Origin: Macrostomum lignano
Taxonomy: Eukaryota
Reading direction: 5' to 3'
NCBI GenBank assembly: GCA_002269645.1
Contig: NIVC01001851.1
Span: forward strand, 28,746 to 81,730
DNA: 52,985 bases
Shown here one piece after another: positions 30,320-43,489 of this stretch; position 1 is the first letter of the stretch; the number at the start of each line of letters is the position of its first letter. The notes under the pieces were generated by a model. It did no database searches, was not told where the DNA came from, and saw only the letters and a program-made list of their open reading frames with translations. A program made the position numbers and the translations under genes.

Positions 30320-33300
30320 ATGAAGTGTTCTAGGTGTAAAGAAAATCCTCCTACAATCTACTGTACAGGGTGCACGACAAGTAAGTATCGCATTTTGCGG
30401 TGGAAACTAGTAATGATTCACATTTTGAGCATATTTGGGTTCTGTCTAATCTGTCATGACATATTATGGACAGCTTAGCCTAGGGAATTTTCGTTTTTTA
30501 ATTGGCAGTTGTTATTGTTATGGTGACCGTATTAATCGTCAAAATGACACTATTTCTACGGTCAACATATAAAACAAAGGCCACGCTTAAATACACGATG
30601 GCCGAGTCTATAATGCAAAAACTTACAGACGGCGGCCGTTTCCGTAATATAGAATGTGTCACACTCGAGAGTGGGAACCCTGCACATCGCCAGCGGCCGT
30701 GTCGTTAGCATTAGCATTGAATATTTGAATGGGTTCAAACTTAAAGACATAAAAGGTGGCCATGTCACTAATATAGAATCCATTCAACAATAGAGATGGC
30801 GGCCATCTTATTGCCAAAATTTAGAGCCACTACATAGACTCTAACAGATTCTAAGAAGCTGTACTGTAAATATAAGAGTAAAAATAAGAGTGAATGATAC
30901 AATAGTAACTTATAGTTTTTAACTGACCATCCGTATCTTAGGCCCTAGCCCATAGTAAGTGCATGCCTAGTGCCCACACTTGTCTAGGCCAGTGTTGCAA
31001 CAATAAATGACCTTTTTGAGTTCTATAAAAATGTTTTTGGCTGATAATTTGGTTGATTATTTATCTTTCTTGCTAGTACTATTTACAGTGGAAAATTAAT
31101 ATGCATAAATATTTGTTTGACTGTCTTATTACAAGCTAAACACTAGAAAGCTTGAAATTTACACTTAAAAGTGAATTTTTCTATCTTTTTATAGCAACTC
31201 TTTTAGTTTTATGTGATTCTATAAAGTACATGCCAGGTTATGTATGCACGCTATGTTTTTAAAAATTATGCATGCCAACTATACAGATTTGACTTGGTAT
31301 ACAAGGCTAATGCTAATGTATACCTGAATTTTTAGGGTATATTCTATTGAAAGTATGGACCTCATTTAACTTAATTATAAATATAATATGATAATATAAC
31401 TTTCAATGACTAAAATAGCCATTCTGCTATTTTCATGTTGATAAAATCACCATAAAAATAATAGCTTCACTATTTATATTGTCATGTAATTACTTAAGCC
31501 CTAATATTACTTTTTACATTTATCTTAACAATAATTGATTTATTATATTTAGTATAAGCACTATACTATAGCAATAAATAACAACACTAGAAAATTGCCC
31601 TTTTAATTAGGCTACCGAATCAATAGCCCTATAGTGTGAGTGCCCTTGGCAATATGATCTTATTAAAAGTGCCTTAGTTAACTTTAAATATTACAAGCTA
31701 GGAAGTTGTTTAGTTTATGATAGAGTCAATATTTTTAGGATATACAACTTAATTATTTGCACTTTTAAAGTAAAATATATGGTATAAAATGCAAGACTTT
31801 AAGACTAGCAGTAAGAGATTTAATTTTTGTATGATAATAACTAAATGAGATAACTAGCCTAATATTTGTTATAGTTGACTAAGTTCTGATTTTTATAGAT
31901 TAAATTTTTATGTTAAAGCTTAGAGATGACCTAAAATGATTTTAACTGATATTTAAAACTTGAAATAATAATTCATCTAGACTTAATACCTAAAAATCAT
32001 CTAAAGTTTTGAAGCCAATAAAGCAATCATATATGCAGACTTTGAAGAAAGTTTTATATTTGATTCTTATTTGTTCTTGGCTTTGGTTATTCATATTCAA
32101 AATATTTAAAGGTGTTATTATTTATTAAACATATTTATAGCTTCAAGTTCAAATTAGCTTTGATAAACAATAGCTATTGCACAGTTTTAGCTAAGAGCCA
32201 ATTTCTCTTTTTAGCTATAATCATTTTTTTAGCATTAAAAAATGCTTAGAATCTATACTAGAGGCAGGTACAATAAGAATATACCTAAGTCTTCAATCAA
32301 TATAAACCAATATAAAAGACTGTTTTTGGTGTTTGGAGGGTTGCTAACTGACAGGTTAGCAATTAAATTAAGAAAGGGTGATCTGTGGAGCCCACAAGTT
32401 AAATGATAAGATAAACCTATAAGACCTATAAGGCACACACTAGAGGTTGGGGACTAGGGAAAAGAAGAGAGACTAGCTAAAGTGACAAACATAAAGGAAA
32501 GGGGGAAGAGTTAATGGGGGCAGATTTAGATTTGCCTCTTTCTATGTTGACTTTTTTAGGTATATTATCAATTTGTATAGATTCACTAGTTGTAACTTCC
32601 TAATAATTGTAGTATCCTATCCTTATCTTAGTAGTGCTTAGTCTATTGTTAAGGTGATAAGTCTCTAACATACCTTTCAAGTTCTTTCTTTTGTATACTA
32701 TTTTGACTAAGGCACTATTTGCATTCAATTCAAGGTTTAAGCATTCATCTGACAAGATAATGAAAATAGAACTTGAACCTTTTTTTAAATATGCAACATA
32801 TATAGCAAAGCAAAAGATTCTAACAATTCTTTTATCATGAGCCTCAAATTTTGTGCATCAATGTACCTAAAAAAGTGTATTAGCCAAAATCAAATTTATA
32901 CCCAACAAGTTTAAAACAAAAATGCGTAATTTTGTGGCTATCTTTATTTAAGTTACAAAATAAGTTTATATGGGCATATATTCTTGATGCTATTTTTATA
33001 TTTTTATTTCTTAGCATTAGCATGAGATTTCCTCGCTACAGATTCCTCCCTGGATGTGGCACACGCTCACATATGGTGTACAAGCATTTTTTAGATAAGC
33101 TGATTATCAATATTAAAACTTAGTTAAGTGGAAAAGTTTTTGCAGTTTTTTGAAGTCTTAGCATGGACTTTCTAGAATGTTTTCCCTATATATATAATAA
33201 TAGAGAGAGCAGCACTATCTATCTATTGAGAAATTGTTAAAAACAAAATTTATTTTATTGTAATTAAGACAGGCAACATTAAGAACTGACAGCTCTGTTT

Positions 33301-36300
33301 TTTGCTAATTTATGTTACAAAAAGATGTAAAGAATAATTTATGTTTCATATTGCATCCATTTTTCCATTAACAGGCAATGGTCAGGTGCAGCTGTGCTCC
33401 AATTGTTTCTTTGAGTATCATGTTGGACCATTAGCTGTTGCCCACAAGCCAACCTTGGTGTCTAAAGAGGTGAGCAGCTCACTGCATGTTTCAACTTGCT
33501 TTTTTGTAATTAACTTTTTAATGAATTAAAACTGCTTTGCAATAACACTAAAAAACACTAAAAATTTCAGGCGCTGTTCGAGCTGTGGGAAAAAGAAAAG
33601 CAAGACTGTGCCACTTATCTGGCTGCAGCAAAACACTGCTCCCAGGAGCTACAGAATCTGTTGTGTTCAAAGGACTCTAGCCTGATCGAAGAGGAGTGAG
33701 TATTGTTTTTTTGGTGCATTTACAAGCGAGGCAGGTTGGTGGAGAAAAGACACAAAGCAACGAGCTAAAAAGCATAAAATGGCATGCAATTTTTCACCTA
33801 TTGTTTTTCCAGCTGCCAGGCCGTTAGCGCTCGGATTAACGCAGACGCGGACGCAATAGTGGCTAAATTGGCTGGCCTCACCGACCAGGTAAACAGTCTG
33901 CGCAAGGATGCAATCAACTTCGTGTCCAGCCGTTACGACGAGAAACGCGACAATCTTGTTAAGACAAAACAGCGTCTAGACAAGTCTGTTACAGATTTTA
34001 CCGATTTGAGTCTTCAACTGGACGCAGTTAGTAGCGCAAAAAGTGACGATGAGTTGTTGCAGAGGTTTCTTAGTATGAATCAGGTGAGTTAATAGCACTG
34101 AATACTTTGTAATTCATTGTTATCAGGCATCTAGACCACTATATAAGCCGCCCGACTTTCTGTCTCAGATGAAGCCCAGCCTCCAGCGCTGCTTACCCTC
34201 GGAGAATCTGATGGACACCGACCCGACTGGTTGGTACGCTTTGCCGTTGCCAGCCAATTGCGACATACTTGCTAGCCTAACCGAATTGAAGCATCGCTTA
34301 GATAAACTCTCTGTCAGACAGGAATGCGACGGCGCACTCGGTCAGGCGGCTTTCAATTATCTTGCTAAAGATTTGAAATCGTTAACCGCAAACAGTGACA
34401 AATCTCGGCGGCCTATAGTTCGCTGCTGCCTACTGTCCGATCTGTCCCCCTATGGGATATTCACAGCTTGCCAGGCATCCCCAGTCCGTTTCGAGCTGAT
34501 CCGCCATATCCAGTCTGATTTACAGCTGCGCAGAGCTGTTGAGCCGGGCTTTCGAACTGTTCTTGAAGCTTGCTCTGCTAAGGCAACTTCCCCATTGGCG
34601 CTGCGTCCAGATCAGCGAGTGTACGCCATGAGTCGCGACGGCATCTGGGGTCGCGGGCGAGTCCTGTCCGAATCATCCGCCAGCGTGTCAGTTCGATTCT
34701 TTGATCTTGGCAAAACTGAAAACATCAGTAGAGATCGCATAGTGGATGCTGAATCCGATACCAGGTATTCGGCTGTGCCTGAGCTCAGCTTTGAGTGCTG
34801 CTTAGCGGAACCAGCTCAACAGGCTGTGCTAAAAGACCCAAATTGGTTCGCAAATCGCATTGGCGGCCAAGATGGTCGAGCGTTTCTATTGCGATCAGCT
34901 GGCGAGTGCCGATTCCGATCTAGGCGGGTGCTGCGTGTCGAAGCCTGGCCCGATAATGACGCCGAAACTGACCATGCCGTTGTTGACGAAGATTTTGCAG
35001 CTAAATTGGCTGCGGATTTCTCCGACTTGCTGACCGGAGCCGTTAAAGAAACGGTTGGCAGTCATGCTGCTTCTCATCATCGGGACATTCGATTGCAGGA
35101 GAATCCCGACCTTCCGCGCCAGGTGTACACATTCAGTGCCACTACTACCGCGGCGCCTTCATCTGCGCCCTCAGTTGCTTTGAACGCAATGTCGCCATTT
35201 GAAGAAGAGTTCGCGCCGCTAATCCGTCAGGGCATGTTGCGCCCCATTGCCGACGATGAAGCCGGTATGTTAAACGGCGGCCGCGCTGTTGACAGCGATG
35301 CCGAGGGGCTGGATTATGCCGAGGACGACGAAGACAACGATCAAGTTGTTGTGCTCGTGGATCGGAACGCTGTACGGGCTGCGTCCTTGCCCGGGTCCCA
35401 GGTCACTAGTCCGACCTCGAGTGTCTCTGTTCAGCAGCAGCAGCAACAGCAGCAACAGTTGTTGCAACAACAGCACCAGTTGCAATTGTACTCTCAGCAA
35501 ATATCGCTGCCAATGCAGCTGCAGCATCAGCTTCATCACCAGACTCATCCGCCACCGCCGCCGCCGCCTCAGTCCATGATGCTGCCACCGCCTATTCCGC
35601 AGGTCAGCCAGTCCATGCCTCTGCAGTATGGCCATCATCAGCATCCGCCACCGCATCATCACCATCATCATCCTCACCATCATCACGCCATGTCGCACGC
35701 TCCGCCAATGTCTGACTATGCCCAATCGGATTATTCCCACTCCGGTTTGTACGCGGCGCCTCATCATCATCCGCAGCGGCAGCAGCAGCATCATCCGCAG
35801 CATCCGATGCAGCTGGATCTATCAAGTATGATTGGCCCGCATTTCCTACCGGCGCCCGGTCAGCAACCGCCGCCGCAGCATTTAGTTTATAACCAGCCGC
35901 CGCCGCAGATGCCGCCGCCAACTAGTTATCACCATGGGCCTCATCCCAGTCAGCAGCCGCCAGTGACAATGTCAATGCAGCCAATGCATCATCCTGTAAT
36001 AGTGCCAGTGTCCGATTGTATTGCAGCTGATGCTATTGTTAATGGCGGCAGTAGTACTAATGGCAGAAATAATGGCACTGGCGGCTCTAGTACTAGCCCG
36101 TATTATTATTCCGAACCCAGGCCAGAAGTAGAGTGCGCAGGGAATTCCGCTGAGCTACACGATGACGAAGTGCCCGACAATGGAGAGCGGAATGAAGAAG
36201 GTAATTACTTTCATTCCAATAAGCAATATTGCCTTCTTGTGCGGGATTTGGGTACTGGAACCGGAACAACTCTCAGTGAAAACAAACTTTTTTAAGCATA

Positions 36301-39300
36301 GAGGTATTGGTCGTAGATCTGGGCGACAGTCGAACCGCAGCTAGGTAGGAGACTGGCAGTCCTGCCCATTCCGCTGAGGCCTGAGCGCGCATTCGAATTT
36401 GACTTGACTCAGCTGCAGGGGGTTCCGGGTATCCGGATACAGCGGGGAGGCGTTGACGCCCATTCTGCCATCCGGAGAGTCCAGGTGGATGGTTGCTCTC
36501 CCCGGTAGTCCTTAGGTAGCAGATGAGCTGGCAGAGATTCTCGGGTCCTTAAACGTCGGGAAGGCCGAGGTACAGTAGGTGAGCCTGTCCTGAGTAAAGG
36601 CGTGGCATTCACAGATGAAGTGTTCCGCGTTCTCAATACGGGAGAGGCAAAATGAGATTTCCTCGCTACGGATTCCTCCCTGGAGGTGGCACGCGCTCAC
36701 ATATGGTGTACAAGCATCCAAGGTTCACGGGATCAAACCTGGGGTACTATAGCGCGAGAGTCAGACCCGTTATCTTCTGAGCTATTAGAAGTCAAACAAC
36801 AGTTTTTCATCCGTGAAATAGTGCTAAGATCTGTATAGAATTCCACATAAATCAACTTGTTTTGCAGAAGAAGAAGAGAAAGAAGAGGAGGAGGAATGCG
36901 GCCACAATGCGGAAGAAGATGCCGAAGAATACGATGTCGGCGACGAGCAAGACGAAAGAGACGGGGATTATGATGATCAGGAGGCGGAGGAAGCGGATGA
37001 AGATTTTCACGAAGCCGAAGAGTCGCCTTTCGATTCCTTATCGGGGGATGAACGCCGTTGGACCAGCCGCAGCGCCAACTGGGAGGATGTGGTGGCAGCC
37101 GATGAGAAAGCCAAAGCTGACTCCGCCGCCGCTGCTGAGGCACTGAAGAAGACTGAGCGATCGTCTGACGGCGCGTCGCCTCAGACAACTCCTAAGCTGG
37201 CCAGTCCGGCTCCGCCTGCGGCTACTAGCAGCCGATTCAATGGCTGGCAATATAACGTATTAAAGAACACCCTACAGAAACGGGCAACTAGTCCCGACAC
37301 TACTGCCGCTGCCGCCGCAGACGCTTCGACGAGGCACGTTCAACCAGCGACTGGACAGCAGCCGCGTCAGCAGTCGCCGATGACTGGGGACAGTCGAGGA
37401 GGAGGAGCAGGACTTCGTCAACCGCGCCGGGATGAACGCGGCGGAGGCGGCTTTCGAGGCGGAGGCGACAGAGGGCCTGGCACTAAGCGTTCCGGGTAAA
37501 TGCGGTGTTTAATCCTTTATTCCTTTGATTTACTTCTACAGCACTTTTTAGTCAAGTCTTTAACTAGGGGTTTGGAGTGCCTTTAAGTTTGATTTCCAGT
37601 GTTATGCGTGATTAATTATTGGGAATCGAATTGTTTAAGATCACGTAAATTGAAAGCTAGCACGGTCACGTAAAAGTCACCATGGGAGTCACGTGAGGGT
37701 CACTGGTCACATACGTGCTATGTGTAGGTCATGAATTCGTGTAGGTCTCAGACGAGTTATGTGTAGGTCACATACGAGTTATGTGTAGGTCACATACGAG
37801 TTATGTGTAGGTCACATGCGTGTTATGTTTAGGTCACATACGTGCTATGTGTAGGTCACAGACGAGTTATGTGTAAGTCACATACGAGTTATGTGTAGGT
37901 CACATGCGTGTTATGTTTAGGTCACATACGTGCTATGTGTAGGTCACATGTTTGTTATGTGTAGGTCACATACGAGTCACATGTAGGTCACCCATGGAAC
38001 CAACCATTCTAAACTTTAATTATGCGGGATTTGGGTGTTTGTGTTTCTTAAATAGAAACAAATTGCTTCTCACTTCTATCAACTCATCTCTCTCAACTGT
38101 TTGGCGGCTTTCTTTTTAGCGGTGGAAAACAGCAGCGCAATATTGATCGGCCCGCATCTGGCGTTGGCGGCGGCAACAGCAAAAGGGTTTCAGGACCATC
38201 GAGCGCCGTTGGAGTGCCGCCCGTCGTTTTTGGCCGAGCTGCTGCCCCTACTGCGCCCAGATTAATGGGCACCAGCGGCGGTCGCTTACCACCTGCTAAA
38301 GGGTGAGCGAAAGCAAATATCTGCTTTTAAGTTTTAACCTGAGATCAAATGCGGGTGCAGTTTTTTACACCCTGGTGCATTGCAATCAAAACCCCAGCTC
38401 CAAAAGCTATCAACACTAGCTCCAGGTTGTCAGAACCCTAGCTCCAGAGAGTCAGAACCCTAGCTGCAGGGTGTCAGAATCCTAACTCCAATATGTCAGA
38501 ACCCTTAGCCTCAAGTTGTCAGAACCCTAGCCTCAAGATGTCAGAACCCTAGCTCCAGGGTGTCAGAACCCTAGCTCCAAGTTGTCAGAACCCTAGCCTC
38601 AAGTTGTCAGAACCCTAGCTCCAGGGTGTCAGAACCCTAGCTCCAAGTTGTCAGAACCCTTAGCCTCAAGTTGTCAGAACCCTAGCCTCAAGATGTCAGA
38701 ACCCTAGCTCCAGGGTGTCAGAACCCTAGCTCCAAAGTTGTCAGAACCCTAGCCTCAAGATGTCAGAACCCTAGCTCCAGGGTGTCAGAACCCTAGCTCC
38801 AAGTTGTCAGAACCCTAGCCTCAAGTTGTCAGAACCCTAGCTCCAGGGTGTCAGAACCCTAGCTCCAAGTTGTCAGAACCCTTAGCCTCAAGTTGTCAGA
38901 ACCCTAGCCTCAAGATGTCAGAACCCTAGCTCCAGGGTGTCAGAACCCTAGCTCCAAGTTGTCAGAACCCTTAGCCTCAAGTTGTCAGAACCCTAGCCTC
39001 AAGATGTCAGAACCCTAGCTCCAGGGTGTCAGAACCCTAGCTCCCAAGTTGTCAGAACCCTAGCCTCAAGATGTCAGAACCCTAGCTCCAGGGTGTCAGA
39101 ACCCTAGCTCCAAGTTGTCAGAACCCTAGCTCCAGGGTGTCAGAACCCTAGCTCCAAGATGTCAGAACCCTAGCTCCAGGATGTCATAACCCTAGATCTA
39201 TTGGTCTCAAACCACTGCACCTACTCATCACACACAGGTTGGCTCCAGTTGACAAGCCCCATCAGCCTCAACAACAACAACAACAGCAGCAGCAGCAGCA

Positions 39301-40333
39301 AAACTCCTGTGGCAATTGCGGTTTGCCGACGTCGCACTGCCTATGCCAGATGGCCTCGGGCCGCGGCCAGCGCACAGGAGGCGGCGGTGGCAAGAAGAGC
39401 GGCAGGCCTAAAAGTGGCCGAGGACAAAACCGGTCTGACAGGAGACCGTCGAATTCCGATATTAAGAGGTGAGTGAGATCTCAGTGAGATCCTCGATTGC
39501 TGGGCCAGCCTCCCAGATCCTCGATTGCTGGGCCAGCCTCCCAGATTCTCAGTTGCTGGGCCAGCCTCCCAGATCCTCAGTTGCTGGGCCAGCCTCCCAG
39601 ATCCTCAGTTGCTGGGCCAGCCTCCCAGATTCTCAGTTGCTGGGCCAGCCTCCCAGATCCTCGATTGCTGGGCCAGCCTCCCAGATTCTCAGTTGCTGGG
39701 CCAGCCTCCCAGATCCTCGATTGCTGGGCCAGCCTCCCAGATTCTCAGTTGCTGGGCCAGCCTCCCAGATCCTCAGTTGCTGGGCCAGCCTCCCAGATCC
39801 TCAGTTGCTGGGCCAGTCTCCCAGATTCTCAGTTGCTGGGCCAGCCTCCCTGATCCTCAGTTGCTGGGCCAGTCTCCCAGATTCTCAGTTGCTGGGCCAG
39901 CCTCCCAGATCCTCAGTTGCTGGGCCAGTCTCCCAGATTCTCAGTTGCTGGGCCAGTCTCCCAGATTCTCAGTTGCTGGGCCAGCCTCCCAGATCCTCGA
40001 TTGCTGGGCCAGCCTCCCAGATCCTCAGTTGCTGGCCCAGCCTCCAAGATCCTCAGTTGCTGGCCCAGCCTCCAAGATCCTCAGTTGCTGGCCTAACCTC
40101 CCAGATCCTCAGTTGCTGCGCCAGCCTCTCAAATCTTCAGGTCCTTGGACCTTGGGGCCAATTGTAAAATATTATTTTGTATTGCAGTTCCTTTATCCAG
40201 TGAAATGCTGTATTTGGCTACTAACAGTAGTTGAAAAGAAAAAATTCTTCACTATTGCAGGAGTGGCGGCAATCTAGCTCCTGTGCAGTCTCCCTCTGCC
40301 AGCAACCTTGTCACTGACGAATGGGAGTCCTAA
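30320..40333 (+). CDS. B-box + coiled-coil + extended Tudor protein (RNF17/Qin-like) with a long low-complexity C-terminus, ~1232 aa, 9 coding exons
   Basis: Exons 30320-30380, 33375-33469, 33571-33695, 33813-34083, 34169-36200, 36868-37495, 38120-38302, 39238-39468 and 40261-40333 have compatible phases and total 3699 nt. B-box CSRC..CTGC..CSNC..H..H; Tudor AMSRDGIWGRGRV...VRFFDLG...AVPELSFECCL. An extra upstream micro-exon (ATGTG|gtaagc, 30174-30178) is possible. Confidence 0.82.
30840..33020. mobile_element. AT-rich, CpG-depleted decayed insertion (probable old transposon body) in intron 1 of the Tudor gene
   Basis: About 4 CpG in ~2.2 kb by eye, with abundant TA/CTAG; termini not identified. 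Confidence 0.4.
34560..34810 (+). other. Extended Tudor domain coding segment
   Basis: The DG-W-R-x-x-V ... V-F-D-G pattern and the downstream P-x-x-x-EC-L motif. Confidence 0.75.
36400..36730 (-). mobile_element. 3' fragment of a non-LTR retrotransposon (LINE) in an intron
   Basis: Minus-strand CLSRIENAEHFICECHAFTQDR matches the C-terminal CCHC-type motif (C..E..EH....C..F...R) of LINE ORF2. Confidence 0.65.
37740..37990 (+). repeat. 22-bp minisatellite (gtgtaggtcacatacgagttat) in an intron
   Basis: Direct reading, ~11 copies. Confidence 0.92.
38405..39195 (+). repeat. 22-bp minisatellite (tgtcagaaccctagctccaggg and variants) in an intron
   Basis: Direct reading; variants recur in an ordered pattern. 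Confidence 0.95.
39480..40135 (+). repeat. 28-bp minisatellite (cccagatcctcagttgctgggccagcct) in an intron
   Basis: Direct reading, ~23 copies. Confidence 0.95.
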
Positions 40334-40879
40334 CGATTCAGCCGGAAGCTTGATATTTTTACCTGGTTATTTTTCAATCTGAGACTAAATTTTTATTGGA
40401 TTCTTTGTTTTCGCGATTTTTTGTCTTTTTCTGTTTTAAGAAAGCTAAGAAGTTGTTTCCATCTAAAAATTTCCCTGTTCCGTTGACATGCAGTGTTTTT
40501 TGTATTAGTTAGTCTGTTGCAGATTCCTATATCTATGCCTATTCACTGATGGCTACTCCCTCGCGTTGCGATAATACCATATTATGGTGCGCATTTATTT
40601 AATATGTGTATAATATTTGTATTATATCTATATTTATATTAAAAACAGAAAAATTTCTTTCAAATTACCAAAATCGATGGACTATTCTGTGTGCAAAGAT
40701 ACGCGTCTCTGTAATGTACTTGTGTGTATATAAATATCAATGCAGTGCATCATATTAGCGATCTCAGTGTATGAACAATTGCTGGTTGAACGTCTGCGTT
40801 TTGTTATACATATTTTTGTCACCCGGTTTTTAATGCGCGGAATTGGGTTAACAGAATTCTTTAACGTGCCCACTACTTA

Positions 40880-41610
40880 AGTGCAGCACCTGTCTCATTA
40901 GTGCATCTCCTGTCCCATTAGTGCATCACCTGTCCCATTAGTGCATCACCTGTCCCATTAGTGCAGCACCTGTCCCATTAGTGCATCACCTGTCCCATTA
41001 GTGCATCACCTGTCCCATTAGTGCAGCACCTGTCCCATTAGTGCATCTCCTGTCCCATTAGTGCATCACCTGTCCCATTAGTGCATCACCTGTCCCATTA
41101 GTGCATCACCTGTCCCATTAGTGCAGCACCTGTCCCATTAGTGCATCACCTGTCCCATGATTGCATCACCTGTCCCATTAGTGCATTTCCTGTCCCATTA
41201 GTGCATCACCTGTCCCATTAGTGCATCACCTGTCCCATTAGTGCATTTCCTGTCCCATTAGTGCATCTCCTGTCCCATTAGTGCATCACCTGTCCCATTA
41301 GTGCATTTCCTGTCCCATTAGTGCATCACCTGTCCCATTAGTGCATCTCCTGTCCCATTAGTGCATCTCCTGTCCCATTAGTGCATCACCTGTCCCATTA
41401 GTGCATTTCCTGTCCCATTAGTGCATCACCTGTCCCATTAGTGCATCACCTGTCCCATTAGTGCATTTCCTGTCCCATTAGTGCATCACCTGTCCCATTA
41501 GTGCCTCACCTGTCCCAGTAGTGCATCACCTGTCCCATTAGTGCCTCACCTGTCCCAGTAGTGCATCACCTTCCGCAGTAGTGCATCACCTTCCGCAGTA
41601 GTGCATCACT
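40880..41610 (+). repeat. 20-bp minisatellite (gtgcatcacctgtcccatta), ~36 copies
   Basis: Direct reading. Confidence 0.97.
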
Positions 41611-42289
41611 TGATCCTGTACAACATTTGTTCTTGGCAGCACCTATTACATCACGTGTCACAAATCGAAAAAAATTGCACCTTAATCCACCTTTCTATAA
41701 AAATTGCCATTAGCGTTTTCGAGTTTGTATGTTAATGTATTTAAAATATTTCTGTAGTTGATATATTGCATCTGTTCAATAACTATTATTTTATGTTCAA
41801 TAAGTTAAATAAGTAAATTTAGTAGCGCATATATTCTAGACTATAGTTCATTAAATATTTCTTACATTTTACAACGATAATTTTGTAATTTAAAATTTCA
41901 ACAATTGAAAGGCCTCTTTGTGAACGTATTTTGATGCAAGTCTTAGCGCCTGTCTGGTTTATATTTTACTTAACCAAAGTCCAACGTTAATCTTGTAATT
42001 AAAATATACCTTTATTCAATTTTATATATATTAGTTATTGTATAGCTATAGATTCCGGTAAACTTTCAATTGTTGTCCTTAGTATGGGAGCTTAATTGCA
42101 GTCACAGTCTCGTTATATAGTTTTTCTTAATTTTATTCCCCTCGGTTGAGAAAAGCGCCCTTAAATCCACCATGCCTGTCTTTATTAACAGCTTTACATG
42201 CTTGATATGTGCTTCTAATTCAAAACTTCACTTATAAATTTTCGACCCCAATTAAAGGCCTTACCTGGCCCTTCAATAGCCCCGACCAC

Positions 42290-42700
42290 CCCCTGTTTAA
42301 CCTCTACCCCTCTTAACACCTACCCCTCCCTCTGTGTACAGCATCTCTCACTTTCCCGACCAACCCTACTTTTAACCCCTACCCTCCCTCAGTGTACAGT
42401 ATCTCTCACTGTCCCGACCAACCCCACTTTTAACCACTACCCTCCCCCAGTGTACAGTATCTCTCACTGTCCCGACCAACCCCACTTTTAACCACTACCC
42501 TCCCCCAGTGTACAGTATCTCTCACTGTCCCGACCAACCCCACTTTTAACCCCTACCCTCCCCCCAGTGTACAGTATCTTTCACTGTCCCGACCAACCCC
42601 ACTTTTAACCCCTACCCTCCCTCAGTGTACAGTATCTTTCACTGGCCTGACCAACTAACTCAACCCCTACCCGTCCTTCAGTAATCTTTCTTGACCGTCC
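42290..42700 (+). repeat. ~57-bp tandem repeat, ~7 copies
   Basis: Unit ctaccctccctcagtgtacagtatctctcactgtcccgaccaaccccacttttaacc. Confidence 0.88.
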
Positions 42701-43489
42701 CGACCCAATCAAACCTCAGCAAACCTACTCTAATGTTTTAATTAATTTTATATTAATTTTAACACTTTTAGCCTAATTTAAATTTCTTTACTTTGAAAAA
42801 ACGTCGGTTCTAAAACTTTTGTTCTCATGTGCAAAACTTAAAAACCTTGTATAAAATGGTGTGTATTTTTAAAGAAAGATCGAGTGTTTGTTTAACATTC
42901 GTTTTTTGTTTATCAACTATAAATATTTGTTTTTTCTTAAATTTTCCTTCTCTATAATGCTTCTGTGTGTATTTGATAGCGTTTTTTCTGTTTGTTTGAC
43001 CAAATGTGTGTGTTTTTTCAAACGTCAAATTTCTTTTTTGCCTTGGTTATTGCATGCACCAGTGTTCGATGCTTTTCTGAGAAACGCAAGAAATCTGTTG
43101 TAAAGTAGCGGCAACTTCTGTTGCCAGCAATGATGATGGAGTTTATCCTCTAGCTCTAGCTCGTATCTATTCGATTTGCTATAAATCGTGCGCGCGTTAA
43201 TGCTGAATTATTGCTGTAATTAAACTCTTGCGTATACCTGCATACATATATTATATATGAATTTTAATATCTTTTTTTAAAGCCTAGCAGTGCTGTAGCA
43301 GTGTAATATAATACCATGGAAAAATATATAATAGCTTTCGCACTTGATTAATGCGGTTATTTAAGCATTTGCGGAAATCTTGTCTATTTTTAGCTTCCTT
43401 ATTATGATAATGCAATTCTATTTCTGCCTGGGGTTGTCCAGTTAATGGTAATTTTTATATTTTTATAGAGTTTGTGTAGGTAATGTATC

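Noticed and set aside
39469-40277. 232-250-aa ORFs in three frames
   Set aside because: They are translations of a stop-free 28-bp repeat inside a GT-AG intron of the Tudor gene.
40880-41610. CRISPR array
   Set aside because: Head-to-tail 20-bp units with no unique spacers.
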